From NCBI GenBank assembly GCA_964016885.1, contig OZ024757.1:8060001-8124000 (forward strand): 64,000 nucleotides of DNA, in the 5' to 3' direction. The stretch comes from Eledone cirrhosa. Lineage: Eukaryota. Shown piece after piece: positions 38,161 to 52,700 of this stretch; within the stretch, counting starts at the first letter, position 1, and the number at the start of each line of letters is the position of its first letter. The notes below the pieces were generated by a model. It was not told the DNA's origin. It was given only the letters and a program-made list of their open reading frames with translations, and searched no databases. The translations under genes and the position numbers were made by a program.

Positions 38161-38292
38161 TCATGATAACAATATATTTTATATCACATGTAACAGTAGA
38201 ATCTGGTTAATTACTGGATCGTGGTAGGCTTAACATAATTATATTATTTACACACATTAATATAGACATTAAGTAAATCTTTGTCAACTTAC

Positions 38293-38489
38293 CTCCTTCA
38301 CATATAATCAATGTGTTGTGTTGTTAGTTGTTACTAAACAACCAAAGAAATAATCTCTTTGTTATCAAATTAGAAGTTTCAATGTTATCAGCTTTATTTC
38401 ACGACATTAACGTTGGTGTATCTTCTTCATCTTTAGTCATAAATTGATATCTTGTCAATGAAGTAGTGAGGCTGACTTTATGTCTTTAG
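38293..38489 (-). other. Putative non-coding exon, copy 4 of 5; best candidate upstream exon for the ZNF at 30-32 kb
   Basis: TTTCCTATCAAATCTGTAG acceptor, GAG|GTAAGT donor, same strand and upstream of the 32068 acceptor. Confidence 0.55.
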
Positions 38490-40669
38490 CTACAGATTTG
38501 ATAGGAAATATATATATATTAGGTTGATATGTGGTCTAAAATATATATATTGTCTATAAATGTCTGATAGCAGATGTTCTGGTGAAATAGTAGTTTTACT
38601 ACTACAGATTGTAATGGAACTCTTAGTAGACACAATTGTAAAGTAAGAATAGATATGACAGTGTAAGACTCATGTCGGGGAATTAAAATTGTGTATATAT
38701 ATATATAATTATTACACAAGATATAATTAGATTAATTAAAGTTATAGTAAACAGCAAGTACACGGTGTCGTTGGAAATGATTTAACTCCCTTACCGGTGT
38801 TATACGTTAACAGTCCCTGACATAATTTATTGTATTCAGACACACTTCCAATCATATTTAATCGATGGTAAATCAAAAAGTATCATTCAGTAAAATATCT
38901 ATCACAAATCTACATAGTCTCTCACCCTGCTAGAAATAGCAGTGAAATTATCCATTACAGATTCGTTTTTCTTTAAACTCTTACGTTTAGTTAAACAATC
39001 CACAACAGCAAGTCTTTTGTACAGATTTCAGAATAAGCTCGAAAACCGCCAGAATATCATTCTCCTTCTTGCTATATATATATATACACACGCACACATA
39101 TAATATATATACAGTGAAATTCCGTTATAACGAAATTCACGCAGTATGAAAATAATTCGTTGTAACGAAAAATTCTTTATAACCGAATCAAATCGTTTGT
39201 TTGTTGTTCAATTGTATTCTAGTTATGGTGTTTCACATGGAACCTTATATATATAACACAGAGAAGTATAAAGTCCAAGTGAAAATATAAGACAACATAT
39301 AATCTAATAAGAAGGTTAAAGAAAAGAAGGAAAAACAAGTGAAATGAAAGAGAAAGTTGAAAGGAAAAGTTAGAAAAGAATCATTGAAATAATTATTCTA
39401 CAAAGTGTTCTGTCTCATTTAGAAAGTGTTTTCTATGTTGGCCAGCTAAAATCTTCCCTCACTCAATTGTATCAAGTTCATTAGTTAATCCTAACTTTCC
39501 TGTAAAAAATTACTGATTTCAACAACTTTTTGGCTAAAACCACTAACAATAACAAATATGTTTGTTTCGAGAGAAGGAGTGAAGACCTCTATGTGGTTAC
39601 TTGACCTGTTGGAAATAGCAGCAAATTTCTTTCAGGTCACATACCTTCTTGAATTAGGAAAAGACTGTTTGGTGGGCTGCTTTAAGCCCCAGTTTAAAGA
39701 CAATCGGGAACTAAACGGGGGTTAGTTCCCTAATGAAATATATATCAGGATTGAGTGATCCAAGTTTCAGTTTGACATTTTATTCGTAATTACGTGTAAC
39801 ACGTGTTTCGTGAATGTATTATATTTATTTCTCCTCCACTGTTTTTGATACATCTCAATATTCTGTCTAGGCAGCCGTCCCTGCTGGACGGGTTTTTTTA
39901 GGGCTCCCTTTAAGTCAACATAAGCAACACATACAACCATGTGCGACTACCCACCAAAAACAAGAAATCAATCACTGAAATATTGACTTAAATAGTCCTT
40001 ACAAACCTAAGGTAACACATCAAAAAGCCTACTTAGCCTTACCAGGACGAAAGCTAGGACATTCCACAATTTATTACTCATCTGAACATTATCTCCATAA
40101 TTATGTGGTTGGTACCAGTACATCTCTCAACAAGATTTCTACTGTTAACCTGGCTTCCACACACTGAAGCATTAACACTGCAGTAACTCAACCACTCTTA
40201 CAACACGTGGGTTGTATTTACAAGCAAAAGAAAAGAAAACACGTAAAGATTAATTCAAACACAAACAAAAAGAAAGATCTATCGCCTTGCTTCTCCATAT
40301 TTTTATTGAAGATTCCCATCCAACATCTGCTAACACAATAAGTTAGTTTCAGAAGCCCCAAGTTCGAGCAGTGATTCGGTAATCTTGGTAAAGTTAAACC
40401 TACATAAATATATATAATTCAGACTAAGGGTCAGACCTGTAGTAATTGAATGAATTTCTCCACAATTTAGCTGTTCATATTATAGATCATCTTGCCTGTG
40501 TTGAAATATGAAACCACAGAAGCATCACTATCGCAGCCTTAATCGTGGTTCAGTGACACTACATGCTCAACAGCTCCTACCCAATGACCAACACAACACC
40601 CCACCTAAAGACAAGAACCTTACAGTTAGCAGCCCGACTCCCTCTCTTTTTATTTGTATTATGACGACT

Positions 40670-40820
40670 GTATGATCTGAGTTCAAATCCCTCCGAGGTT
40701 AACTTTGCTTTTTATCTTTACGGGGTCGATAAAATAAAGTACCAGTAATGCACTGGTATTGATCTAATCTACTTTCCCCTCCCCCAAAATTGTTGGTCTT
40801 ATGCCTATATAAGGAACCAA
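40670..40820 (+). mobile_element. Degenerate SINE of a third type (Nin/Deu-like core)
   Basis: GAGTTCAAATCC B-box then GAGGTTAACTTTGCTTTTTATCTTTACGGGGTCGATAAAATAAAGTACCAG. Confidence 0.6.
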
Positions 40821-41208
40821 TATTATCACGACGGTTCTGTTAACAAATAAACTGTTTTAGATTTTTCAAAATTTATTTTAACATTAATTTAGATCAATTA
40901 CAATAATCTTCTTTCATAGACATTAAAATCAAACATAATTTAATCATACATTGTAGTTTTTAATAAGTTAGTAATTCATTGTATGTATATAAATAAATAA
41001 AATATTTTATGTGCATAACTGTCCATCTATATGTATACATGTATGTATAAAAATATATTTACATACATATATACATTTTCAGACGTATAAACATAAGTGT
41101 ATATATATATATATTCATATAAATATATATATATATATACACGTGTAGAATATTTAATGGAATACATAAGAGTATATATTTATAAATATATGTGCGTATA
41201 TATATATA

Positions 41209-41919
41209 TGTAACGGAATATTGTGTGTGGTTGTAACGACAAGTGGATGGATGTAACTGTTGGTATGGTGGTTTTGGTGTGAAGAAAAATACCAGGATTG
41301 TTGTTACAAAGTTTATTTTATTATAACAATATTCAATTTGAATATTGAATGATAAAATAATTGACACAAAATATTCATACAATAATTTGGTGGCTCTTCG
41401 AGCCACGTAAATTCAACTATCACAGAATACGATTATAATACGTGTAAACAGAAATGAATGGTGTGTGTACAAATGCTGGACTCACTATGAATACGTCTGT
41501 GCGGCGTATCAGTATATTTACTTATTTGTATTGCAGGAGTCAGCGATCAGCCAGGAAGGTGAGAATAAATGGCAGACTGGTTTTCGTGTCGAGAGCCTGT
41601 AAATGAGATTCATCTTGTCTGTATCCCACTTCTTTTCTGTTTTTGGCATAAACCATCCCTGTCTTTATAAGAGTTAAAGTTAGAAGGAAAGATATATCCT
41701 CTGAACTTTGGTTAGTCTCCCAAGGGATTAGTTTGCCAAGTGTAAACAAGTCAGAAAGATGGATATATCCTCTGACTTATTTTCTGTCAGGCGTAAACAC
41801 CTCTGACCTGTGTTTAGCCTCTCCCAAGGGGTTAGTCTCTTGAACGTAAACAAATTACAACGGCTTGTCCCAGAGGCGGGAAAGCTCAGATTCGGTTTCG
41901 AATCTTCGCCGCCGTTATA
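41209..41919. mobile_element. Solo-LTR-like element in a TA tract
   Basis: Termini TGTAACGG...CCGTTATA; internal short direct repeats; shares GATTCRAAACCGAATCT (reverse strand) with 51598-52144. Confidence 0.5.
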
Positions 41920-42264
41920 TATGTATACACTCACACACATATATTTATATGTATTTGGTATATACGTTTGTATGTGTGTGGGTATGTGTTGCACCGGTTT
42001 ACGTATGTGTGCGCGTGTATATGTGTACGTGCATGTATATGCATGCATGCCGTGTGTTTTCGCATATACACGTGTATAAATGTGTGTATGTATATATTTA
42101 AGATTCATGATTTCAATAACCTCTCTCATTTTCGTTCTACTAATTTATTTACATTATTCTGAACTCCGAAGCCGAGAATCATTCAGTTTCCTAAATAATA
42201 TATTAGTCTACGACTCAATTTATACCTTAAACGTGATTTTGTCTTTGCGTGTAATTGTTCTTAC

Positions 42265-42400
42265 CGCTCCACATAACGAGGTATGATCTTCGCTTCTTTC
42301 TGTTCATTGCCAGAGACCGTCTTCACGAACCAAAGTATCGTCTTCCTGTTTTACTTCGGTTGCAACATTTTTCGAAATATTTACTTCTACGTTCACAGAT
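42265..42400 (-). other. Candidate first exon/promoter region of the ZNF transcript
   Basis: Unique, relatively CpG-retaining sequence with GCG|GTAAGA donor on - strand; the 5' end is a guess. Confidence 0.3.
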
Positions 42401-42574
42401 TGATTTTTTTCAGTTTCAGATCCCGTTAAGGGTGAAAGCAGCAATTCTTTATGTATGTGGGGTGGGGATTGGAGAGGTAGGTCAGAGGGGTTACTTCACT
42501 GGTAAGGGAATGGAGTATTAAGACGTGGGGAGGAGGAAAATTGGGGCATACTTCAAACCACTAAATGTTGCTTC

Positions 42575-43250
42575 ATCCCGTGCACATGGGAATGCAGGTC
42601 TCCTGCAGTACTGTATAACGCCAGAGATTTCAATCCTGTGTCATAACCTTTGAGAGGTACAATGGTGTCAGGTAAGTTTTACCTCCTCATCCCAAGCATT
42701 CATAGGTCTTCTTCTTCCATCAATTTCAAGCAGTCAACCTTTTATACAGCATCTCTACCTTCATACACATCACATGTCCATACCACAGCATACTGTATCT
42801 TATCCCTCTCATGCCCAGGTTCTCTCTCAGTTTATTTACACTTTCCTCTTCATGTATATTAATATTACACATCCATCGGAGAATTCAAACTTCATTTCTA
42901 TCCAATCATCTGAGGTGCTCACTGCAATGCATCATTGCTGTTCATATGCACACATCAATTTGGTGAAACAACCTTTTACCTAGCAGTAGTAGTAATAGTA
43001 GCACCCTAAACCTTTGCCATTTTGTTCTTACTCTGGTCTCTGTACTTTCAGTACACCTACCTCCACTGCTCATTTGGTCACCCAGGTAACAGAAACTGTC
43101 AACTGTTTCTATGGAACCCTTTAAATATTTGATAGAACTTGTCTCCCAAAAGTGATTGCTTCTTACTGCTCCAGTGCAATGACCCCATGTAAAACCTACA
43201 TTCTTAGCTAACTTACCATGTATCCCACTAAATCTCTTGTGTACCCATAG
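42575..43250 (-). mobile_element. Older RTE 3' fragment
   Basis: WVHKRFSG..FTWGHC..ETVDSFCYLG in the tail of ORF 42942-43928. Confidence 0.75.
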
Positions 43251-43376
43251 TCTCTTTAGAGTAAATAATGTTTCATACACATAACATATATGTGTAACCA
43301 TTGGTTTCTGAGTCCACTTATGGCCACCACTGTTTACTATTGTCAAAAAGGGAGGTAAATCTTTAGCTGCAAATCT

Positions 43377-44440
43377 TATGCTGGGTCGTTCACACACATT
43401 GACACTGCACATCCAACGGAGCATGCTTGCCTCATTTCTCTCCAGCCGTCGCGTATCCTCTGCAGTTGCTGCCCATGTCTCACTACCATGCAGCATCGTG
43501 CTCTTCACACGGGCATCATATAACCGGCCTTTCGTACGCAGGGAGAAACCCTTTTTCGACAGCAGTTCTCTAAACTTCTTCCAACCCGTCCTTATTCTAG
43601 ATACTATGGCCTCGGAACCCCCCTCCCCTCCCATGCTAATCTGATCTCCTAGGTACCGGAAGCTATCCACCACTTCAATAGCACCCACCTGCATTTGTAA
43701 AATGTGTCTATCACTGTGACTTCTACTGTCTAATTTCCCTGTACATCGACTGCATACGTATTTCTCCCTACCTGTTGGTTTGTCGGCTATCCCACAACAT
43801 GTCTTGTGTACCCAGGATCTGCATTGTGTGCATTTTATAGAATTTATGCCAGTTCCTTTTCTGAATATCGAACATGGCCATTTCCCTGACGGAATCAGAG
43901 TTTTGTCCTCTTTTCTACTCATCAACACTTTTGTTTAAGCTAGGTTCACCCTCAGTCCTCTTGCTTCCAACTGCTGTTTCCATAGCCAGAATTTATTGTC
44001 TAGCTCCTCTACTGATTCTGCTATAAGAACCAGATCGTCAGCATAGAGAAGTTCCCATGGACAGCCAGTCTTAAACTGCACTGTTATGGCTTGGAGGACT
44101 ATAATGAACAAGAGCGGGCTGAGGACCAAACCTTGATGTACTCCTACTTGTATCTGGAATTCCTCACTAAACTCCATTCCTACCCTGATTTTACTGAGAG
44201 TACCTCTGTACAAAGTTTGCACTGTCCTCACAAGCCATTCCTCAACACCTAGTTTTCTTAGGGACCACCATGACAGATCGGGGTACCCTATCAAAAGCCT
44301 TCTCTAGGTCAACAAAGGCTTATTCATCTCAAAGAACCTCTCTTGTAATTGTCTCACCAAGAAGAGGGCATCTGTTGTACTTTTCCCAGGCACAAAACCA
44401 AACTGCATCTCATCTAGTTTAACCCTTTCATAACCTGATC
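43377..44440 (-). mobile_element. RTE family B internal fragment
   Basis: ORFs 43935-44294 (YADD) and the first part of 42942-43928 (PHD-type insert). Confidence 0.88.
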
Positions 44441-44489
44441 CACATATATATATACATATATATATATATACATATATATATATACATAT

Positions 44490-45478
44490 ATGTCTAAGAC
44501 TAAAGTCCTAGTTTGTACAAAGGAAAATAAGGCACAGGTACCCTCAGGGAAATGGCCATGCTCAGTGTGTAGGAAAGGAGTAGGCAGAAATTTCATTTTA
44601 TGTCCCAAATGCAAAGTATGGGTACATAAAAGATGTAGTGGGATCACAGGTAAACTATCTAAGAACGTAGACTTTATATGTGGCCGATGCTCAGGTGCAA
44701 TAAGTAGCAAGTGTCCACAGGATACTAGCTCCTTCTATTGCCCAGATGGTTCTATAGAAATTGTAGACACTTTCCGTTACCTGGGTGACGAAATCAGCAG
44801 TGGTGGAGGGTGCTCTGAAAGTACAGTGGCCAGAGTCAGAACGGGATGGAAAGAGTTCAGACAGCTTATACCGCTGTTGGCCGCTAAAGGTTTCTCTCTA
44901 AAAATGAAAGGCATATTGTATGATGCTTGTATATGACAAGCAATGTTACATGGCAGTGAGACACGGGCATTGTGTGAAGAGGACCTGCGTAGACTGGAAA
45001 GGAACGAAGCATGCATGCTCCGTTGGATGTGTAATAGTAATATACGTGAACGGCAAAGCATAAATGAACTAAGTGAGAAATAAGGAATAAGAGGGATCAG
45101 ATGCTGTTTACACGAGAGAAGACTACGTTGGTATGGTCACGTGATGCGCATGTAAGACGACAGCTGCATAAAAAAGTGCAGGGCGATCAAAATTGACGGT
45201 AGTTACGGAGTAGGTAGACCCAGAAAAACCTGGGACGATCTGATAAATTCCGACATTACACACTTACACCTCTCTAAGACAATGTCACTGGAACGAGATC
45301 CTTGGCGCTACACAGTAATACAGAAGACCCGCCTTCCCTATGTACACAGTGAAACCTACAATCAGTAGGCACCTCTTAACCAAATATACACCCCAATCCA
45401 CTATCCCTACCCTATCCTCCCACTCCCACCAACACCACCCTCTCTCTATAAAGTTGGTACCACAACATTCAGTCCAAA
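44490..45478 (+). mobile_element. RTE family A fragment
   Basis: ORF 44490-44936 with intact C4HC3 motif; stops downstream. Confidence 0.88.
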
Positions 45479-46532
45479 TCATCATCATCATCATCATCAA
45501 CGTTTAACGTCCGTGTTCCACGCTTGCATGGGTTTGGACGGGGGTAGTCCCACTTGAGGCAAGAGTGATTGTCTTGCTCGCATAGGACTGTCTGGCAGGT
45601 TTTCTACAGTTGGATGCCCTTCCTAACACCAACCACATTTACAGTGTGGGTCTGGGAGGTTTTTACCGTGTTGCCTACACGGCCACATTACAGCGTGGAC
45701 TGTGTGTTTTTTTGTCGTGACACCTACACGATCTCATTTGTTTCGGCCTGGATGCATAGAACGGGGTGGGGGTGGTGGGGTATTTTGTTAGAGATGCCTA
45801 CTGGTTGTAGTAGGTTTTACTATGTATTTTGGTAAGGCGGGTCTTCTCTGTTACTGAGTACCGCCAAAGGTCTCGGTCCAGTGACATTGTCTTGGAGAGG
45901 TGTAAGTGTGTGAGGTCAGAGTTTATCAGCTCGTCCCAGGTTTTTCTAGGTCTGCCTATTCCGTGGCTACCGTCTATCTTTATTGCCCTGCACTTTGTTA
46001 TACAGCTATCGACTTTCATGCGCATCACGTGTCCATACCAACGTATCCTTCTCTCGAGTAAACAACATCTGATCCCTCTTATTTCTAATTTTTTCCTTAG
46101 TTCGTTTATGCTTTGCCGTTCATGTATATTACTATTACACATCCAGCGGAGCATGCAAGCTTCGTTCCTCTCTAGTCTGCGTATATCCTCTGCACACAAT
46201 GCCCGTGTCTCACTGCCATGCAACATTGCTGTTCGTATGCAGGCATCGTACAACCTGCCTTTCATTTTTAGGGAGAACCCTTTAGCAGCTAATAGTGGTA
46301 TAAGCTCTCTGAACTTTTTCCATCCAGTTCTGACTCTAGCTACTGTACTTTCAGAGCACCCTCCACCACTGCTGATTTTATCACCCAGGTAACGGAAGCT
46401 GTCCACTATTTCTATAGAACCATCTGTGCAATGGAATGAGCTAGTATTTTGTGGGCACTTGCTGCTACTTATTGCACCAGAGCACCGGCCACATGTAAAA
46501 TCTATGTTCTTAGTTAGCTTACCTGTGATCCC
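45479..46532 (-). mobile_element. RTE family A 3' portion
   Basis: ORF 45798-46580, 3' UTR, (CAT)n tail. Confidence 0.88.
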
Positions 46533-46806
46533 GAGATAAATGAGATCGAGATCATGTAGGTATCCTAAAAAAAAACACACAGTTCACGCTGTAATGTGGT
46601 CGTGTAGGTAACACGGTAAAAAGTTCCCAGTTCCACACTGTAAATGTGGTTGGTGTTAGGAAGGGCATCCAGCCGTAGAAAACCTGCCAGATAGTCCTAT
46701 ATGAGCGAGACACGGTCACCCGACCAACCTTGCCTCAAGTGGGACAACTCCCGTCTAACCCATGCTAGCGTGGAAAATGGACGTTAAACGAAGATGATGA
46801 TGATGA
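46533..46806 (+). mobile_element. RTE family A 3' UTR fragment followed by a TA-rich microsatellite (to ~47030)
   Basis: 3' UTR modules and (ATG)n. Confidence 0.8.
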
Positions 46807-47029
46807 TACATACATATATATATATACATATATACGTACATATATATATACGTATATATATATACATATACATTTATATATATACATATATATATACATT
46901 TGTATATATATACACATATACATTTAATATATACATATATATATACATTTGTATATATATACACATATACATTTATATATATACATATATATATACATTT
47001 GTATATATATACATATATATATATATATA

Positions 47030-47335
47030 TACATGGCTTGTATAGCTCTCATAAGCCATTCATTATACACCTAGTTTTCTAAGAGCCCACCAGATAATGG
47101 AGCGGGGGACTCTGTCAAAGGCTTTCTCCAGGTCTACAAAAACTAAGTACTTCTCCTGTAGTTGTCGTACAAGGAAAAGAGCGTCTGTGGTACTTTTACC
47201 CGACACAAACTATTACAGCATTTCATCTAGATCAATTCGCTCTCTGTGACCTTCATGACCTGGTCAACTAACTTAATTGCTCTTCCTTACTGGCTGTGGG
47301 GTCCTTCAACTTCCACATTCTTCTCCTCAAGGTAG
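47030..47335 (-). mobile_element. RTE family A fragment with deletions, paralogous to parts of 49480-50525
   Basis: Shared sequence and shared junction with the foldback-end plus RTE-C block. Confidence 0.75.
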
Positions 47336-48524
47336 TCTTTTGTTTAATGTTCATTGTTCATCACACACATATATAATTGACATTCTCTTTGGAATTACTG
47401 ATGAAACTTGTTAGTGACACAACTACAAGAGAAGTTCCTAGCCAAGATTAATTTGCTTTATTTAGCTTTTGTAGATCTAGAAAAGGCCTTTGACAGAGTA
47501 CCTTACTCGGTTATCTGCTGGTCCTTCAGAAATTTAGGTGAAGAATGGCTTGTGAGAGCAGTGCAAGCCATGCACAGTGGAGCTGTCAGTAAAGTGAGAG
47601 TAGGAAGGGAGTTTAGTGAGGAATTCAATGTACAGGGAGGTGTTCATCATGGTTCAGTTCACAACCCACTGCTGTTCATCATAGTTCTCCAGGCCATAAC
47701 CAATGGGGTTAAGACTGGCTGTTCACGGGAAACAGTCTATGTGAATGATCTGGTCCTTATAGCTGACTCCATAAAAGAACTAGAGAATAAGTGACCCTAC
47801 TGCATATGTAGGAAAGGAGTAGGCATAAACTGAACACAATGATAGCTTCCGCTATCTAGGTGGATAGAAATGGAGCAACCATGCTTCGTTGGAAGTGCAA
47901 CGTAAATGTGAGAGGAAGTCAGAGCTGGGATAAATTGAGGAAGAAATTGTACTTCAGAGGAAACCGAAGTGGTGTGCAAGAGAGAAGACTGCTTTGGTAG
48001 GGACATGTGATATCCATGGATGGTGATCACTGGTTAAAGAAGTGCCACAGAATACCAGAAGAGGGAAGCCATACTAGAGGGAGACCAGGGTAGATGTGGT
48101 GAGAGCTGATCTCAAATTGCTGAGACTTACTGAGGAGATAACGAAGGAACAAGCGAGTGGGGAGATGATGTGCTTAAAAGGACCCATCCAACCCATGCCA
48201 GGACTGAAAAATGGAAGTAAAACTATGATGATGTAGATGAAGTAAATTATATCAAAACTGATTTAGACTAAAATGAACAAAACTTCCCTGAAACAACAAT
48301 AAGGTACAGCTAAATATAAACTATATTTTATAATGTAAGGTAGTGAACAAGATAATTAAATAGACAGAGGTAATTTAAATAATAAATATATCTTTAATTT
48401 ACTTAAAGCAACAACAAGGTACAGTTAAATATAAAATATATTTGATAATGTAAGGTAGTGAACCACATAATTAAATAGACGGAGGTAATTAAATAATAAA
48501 GACAGTCATGATAACAATATATTT

Positions 48525-50525
48525 TTGATCGCCCTGTACTTTTTTATGCATCTGTCATCTTACATGCGCATCACATGGCCATACCAACGTAGTCTTCTCT
48601 CAAGTAAACAGCATCTGATCCCTCTTATTCCTAATTTCTCACTTAGTTCATTTATGCTTTGCCGTTCACATATATTACTATTACACATCCAACGGAGCGT
48701 GCATGCTTCGTTCCCTTCCAGTCTGCACAGGTCCTCTACACGCAATGCCCGTGTCTCACTGCCATGTAGCATTGCTGTTCGTATACAGGCATCATACAAT
48801 CTTCCTTTCATTTTTAGAGAGAAACCTTTTGTGGCCAACAGCGGTATAAGCTCTCTGAACTTTTTCCAACCTGTTCTGACTCTGGCTACTGTACTTTCAG
48901 AACACCCTCCACCACTGCTGATTTCGTCACCCAGGTAACGGAAAGTATCTACTATTTCTATAGAACCATCTGGGCAATAGAAGGACCTAGTATCCTGTGG
49001 ACACTTGCTACTTATTGCACCTGAGCATCGGCCACATATAAAGTCTTAGATAGTTTACCTGTGATCCCCCTACATCTTTTATGTACCCATACTTTGCATT
49101 TGGGACATAAAATGGAATTTCTGCCTACTCCTTTCCTACACACTGAGCTTGGCCAATTCCCTGAGGGCACCTGTGCCTTGTTTTCCTTTCTACAAACTAA
49201 AACTTTAGTCTTAGACAAGTGAACTTCAAGGCCTTTTGATTCTAGGCCATGTTTGCATGTTTGGAATTTCTTCTCTAGTTCAGCCATTGATTCAGCTATG
49301 AGAGTTAGATCATCTGCGTATAGGAGTTCCCATGCGCAGACGGTCTTGAACTCCTCTGTTATAGCCTGAAGGACAATAATAAATAGGAGGGGGCTAAGGA
49401 CAGAGCCCTGATGAACAACTTTTACACTAAATTCTTCACAATATTCATTGTTAATTCTAACCTTACTGACTGTTTCATTATACATAGCTTGTATAGCTCT
49501 CACTAGCCATTCATTTACACCTAGTTTTCTAAGAGCCCACCAGATAATAGAGCGGGGGACTCTGTCAAAGGCTTTCTCCAGGTCTACAAAAGCTAAGTAG
49601 AGGGGTTTACTTTTAGCTAGGTACTTCTCCTGTAGTTGTCGTACAAGGAAAAGAGCGTCTGTGGTACTTTTACCCGACACAAACTCAAACTGCATTTCAT
49701 CTAGATCAAGTCGCTCTCTGTGACCTTCATGACCTGGTCAACTAACTTAATGCTTCTATAGTTTCCCCAATCTAGAGCATCCCCTTTACCCTTGTAGCAG
49801 TTAATAATGATGCTGCTTTACCAGTCCTTTGGTATGACCCCATTCTGTATTACTTGGTTTACTATCTGGGTGACCATAGTGTGTCCCACCATTCCAGATG
49901 CTTTCAACATCTCAGCAACTATCTCTGAAGGCCCAGCTGTCTTCATATCTTTGATTGCCTTACTTATTATACTACCTTTAATTTGCACTGCTGGTCCCTC
50001 TATTAGACTATCTTTTTCCCATTTATTCTACTCACTTAGTAGCCTCTCATAGTGACACTGCCAAGCTATCTTCTTATCAGTAAAAGTGAGGGCAAGTACA
50101 CCATTATCATTATGGACACACTTCTCCCTGACAATATCACAATTTTCCTTGACACATTGCCTAGCAATCCTGAACACCTCACGTTTTTGGTCCTCTTGTA
50201 GAAAATTCTTGATCTTTCTATCCACTGCCTCCCTTTATGCAAGGTAGACTTGTCTCCTAGCTTCCCTCCTGGCCACTTGATAGTGCTCTCTACTTCCCCC
50301 ATCCTGCCATACTTTCCAAGCCTGCTTTTTGGCCTTGATTATCTCCTCCACCTTACTGTTCCACCACCAAGTTACTCTCCTCCCGCCTATAGGTCTGCTC
50401 CAGCCACAGATTTCATCCGTCACTTTCAAGAATTTCCACTGTTCCTCTATATTGTACGTCTTCTAATTGCTCTTCCTTACTGGCTGTGGGGTCCTTCAAC
50501 TTCCATATTCTTCTCCTCAAGGTAG
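48525..50525 (-). mobile_element. RTE family A, decayed long fragment
   Basis: ORFs 50235-50429, 49012-49695 (DLEKAFD, YADD, PHD-type insert) and 48560-48838. Confidence 0.9.
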
Positions 50526-51597
50526 TCTTTTGTTTTATGTTCATTGTTCAACACACACACACATATAATTGACATCCTCTTTGGAATTACTGATGAAACT
50601 TGTTAGTGACACAACTACAAGAGAGGTTCCTAGCCAAGATTAAGCTGCAATATTTAGCTTTTATAGATCTAGAAAAGGCCTTTGACAGAGTACCTCACTC
50701 TGTTATTTGGTGGTCCTTCAGAAAATTAGGTGTAGAAGAATGGCTTGTGAGAGCAGTGCAAGCCATGTACAGAGGAGCTGTCAGTAAAGTGAGAGTAGGA
50801 AGGGAGTTTAATGAAGAATTCAATGTACAAGTAGGTGTTCATCATGGTTCAGTTCACAACCCACTGCTGTTCATCATAGTTCTCCAGGCCACAGCCAATG
50901 GGTTTAAGACTGGCTGTTCATGGGATCAGTCTATGTGAATGATTTGGTCCTTATAGCTGAATCCATATAAGAACTAGAGAATAAATGACCCTACTGCATA
51001 TGTAGGAAAGGTGTAGGCATAAACTGTACACAATGATAGCTTCTGCTATCTAGGTGGAGAGAAATGGAGCAACCATGCTTCGTTGGATGTGCAACGTAAA
51101 TGTGAGAGGAAGGCAGAGCTTGGATAAATTGAGGAAGAAATTAGACTTCAGAGGAAACCTAAGTAGTGTGCAAGAGAGAAGACTGCTTTGGTAGGGACAT
51201 GTGATATCCATGGATGGTGATCACTGGTTAAAGAAGTGCCACAGAATACCAGAAGAGGGAAGCCATACTAGAGGTAGACCAGGGTAGATGTGGTGAGAGC
51301 TGATCTCAAATTGCTGAGACTCACAGAGGATATAACGAAGGAACAAGCGAGTGGGGAGATGTTGTGCTTAAAAGGACCCATCCAACCCATGCCAGGACGG
51401 AAAAACGGACGTAAAACTATGATGATGATGTAGATGAAGTAAATTATGTCAAAATAGATTTAGACTAAAACGAACAAAACTTCCCTGAAACAACAACAAG
51501 GTACAGCTAAATATAAAATATATTTTATAATGTAAGGTAGTGAACCACATAATTAAATAGACGGAGGTAATTTAAATAATAAAGATATCTTTAATTT

Positions 51598-52144
51598 TGT
51601 AACAAATAACACTTCCTTCTCCAAGCCTAGATTCAAAACCGAATCTAAGAATTCTCGCTGTTCAAAATCACGACGACAGGCGTCAAAGAAAGGTTTTTTC
51701 TTTGTCCTGTCAAAAAGTGATTGATCGCCTCCCTTTGACCTACGACCTCAGCTAGGTCAAGCCAAAGTCAAATTGACCGAAAGACGTAGAAACCCTGTTG
51801 CGGCATGTCTATCATTCTAGCCACCGCAACATTATATATATGAGAGTCAAGGGAAACCCAGGACAGAAAGCTGGTCTGACAACACACAGAGAGACCTACT
51901 GTGTCAGATGAACTACACACACACCAGTTCCACAAATGTATCCTGGTTCTATTTTCTAACAGCTCGTAGCAGTTGTCAACATTAACATTTTTGCATGTAG
52001 TAAAGCATGATGTGTACATAACCACAAATTAAGTTCCAGTAAAATAAATTATTTTTATAATGAATCCATTCACCTACTTATTCATTTTTCCGGCATACAC
52101 ATGCCTTATCAATATTTCACCATTATACACACACAACCACTACA
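51598..52144. mobile_element. Solo-LTR-like (or Ginger-like) 547 bp insertion with 4 bp TSD
   Basis: ATTT|TGTAAC...ACTACA|ATTT interrupting one unit of the 120 bp tandem repeat, whose intact units define the empty site. Confidence 0.7.
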
Positions 52145-52501
52145 ATTTAATTAAAGCAATAACAAGGTACAGCTAAATTTAAACTATATTTTATAATGTA
52201 AGGTAGTGAACTACATAATTAAATAGACGGAGGTATTTTAAATAATAAATATATCTTTAACTTACTTAAAGCAATAACAAGGTACAGCTAAATATAAACT
52301 ATATTTTATAATGTAAGGTAGTAAACAAGATAATTAAATAGACGGAGGTAATTTAAATAATAAAGACAGTCATGATAACAATATATTTTATATCACATGT
52401 AACAGTGGAATCTGGTTAATTACTGGATCGTTGTAGGGTTCACATAATTATATTATTTACACACATTAATATAGACATTAAGTAAATCTTTGTCAACTTA
52501 C

Positions 52502-52700
52502 CTCCTTCACATATAATCAATGTGTTGTGTTGTTAGTTGTTACTAAACAACTAAAGAAATAATCTCTTTGTTATCAAATTAGAAGTTTCAATGTTATCAG
52601 CTTTATTTCACGACATTAACGTTGGTGTATCTTCTTCATCTTTAGTCATAAATTGATATCTTGTCAGAATGAAGTAGTGAGGCTGACTTTATGTCTTTAG
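52502..52700 (-). other. Putative non-coding exon, copy 5 of 5
   Basis: CTGTAG acceptor and GAG|GTAAGT donor. Confidence 0.5.

Noticed and set aside
39870-39900. Rho-independent terminator
   Set aside because: Eukaryotic DNA; better explained as a repeat-element hairpin
41389-41408. GTGGCTCTTCGAGCCAC as another histone stem-loop
   Set aside because: Loop length and stem do not fit the 6 bp stem / 4 nt loop consensus
42942-43928. 328 aa ORF with two PHD-like segments as a novel gene
   Set aside because: Chance in-frame read-through of two adjacent RTE fragments and a spacer
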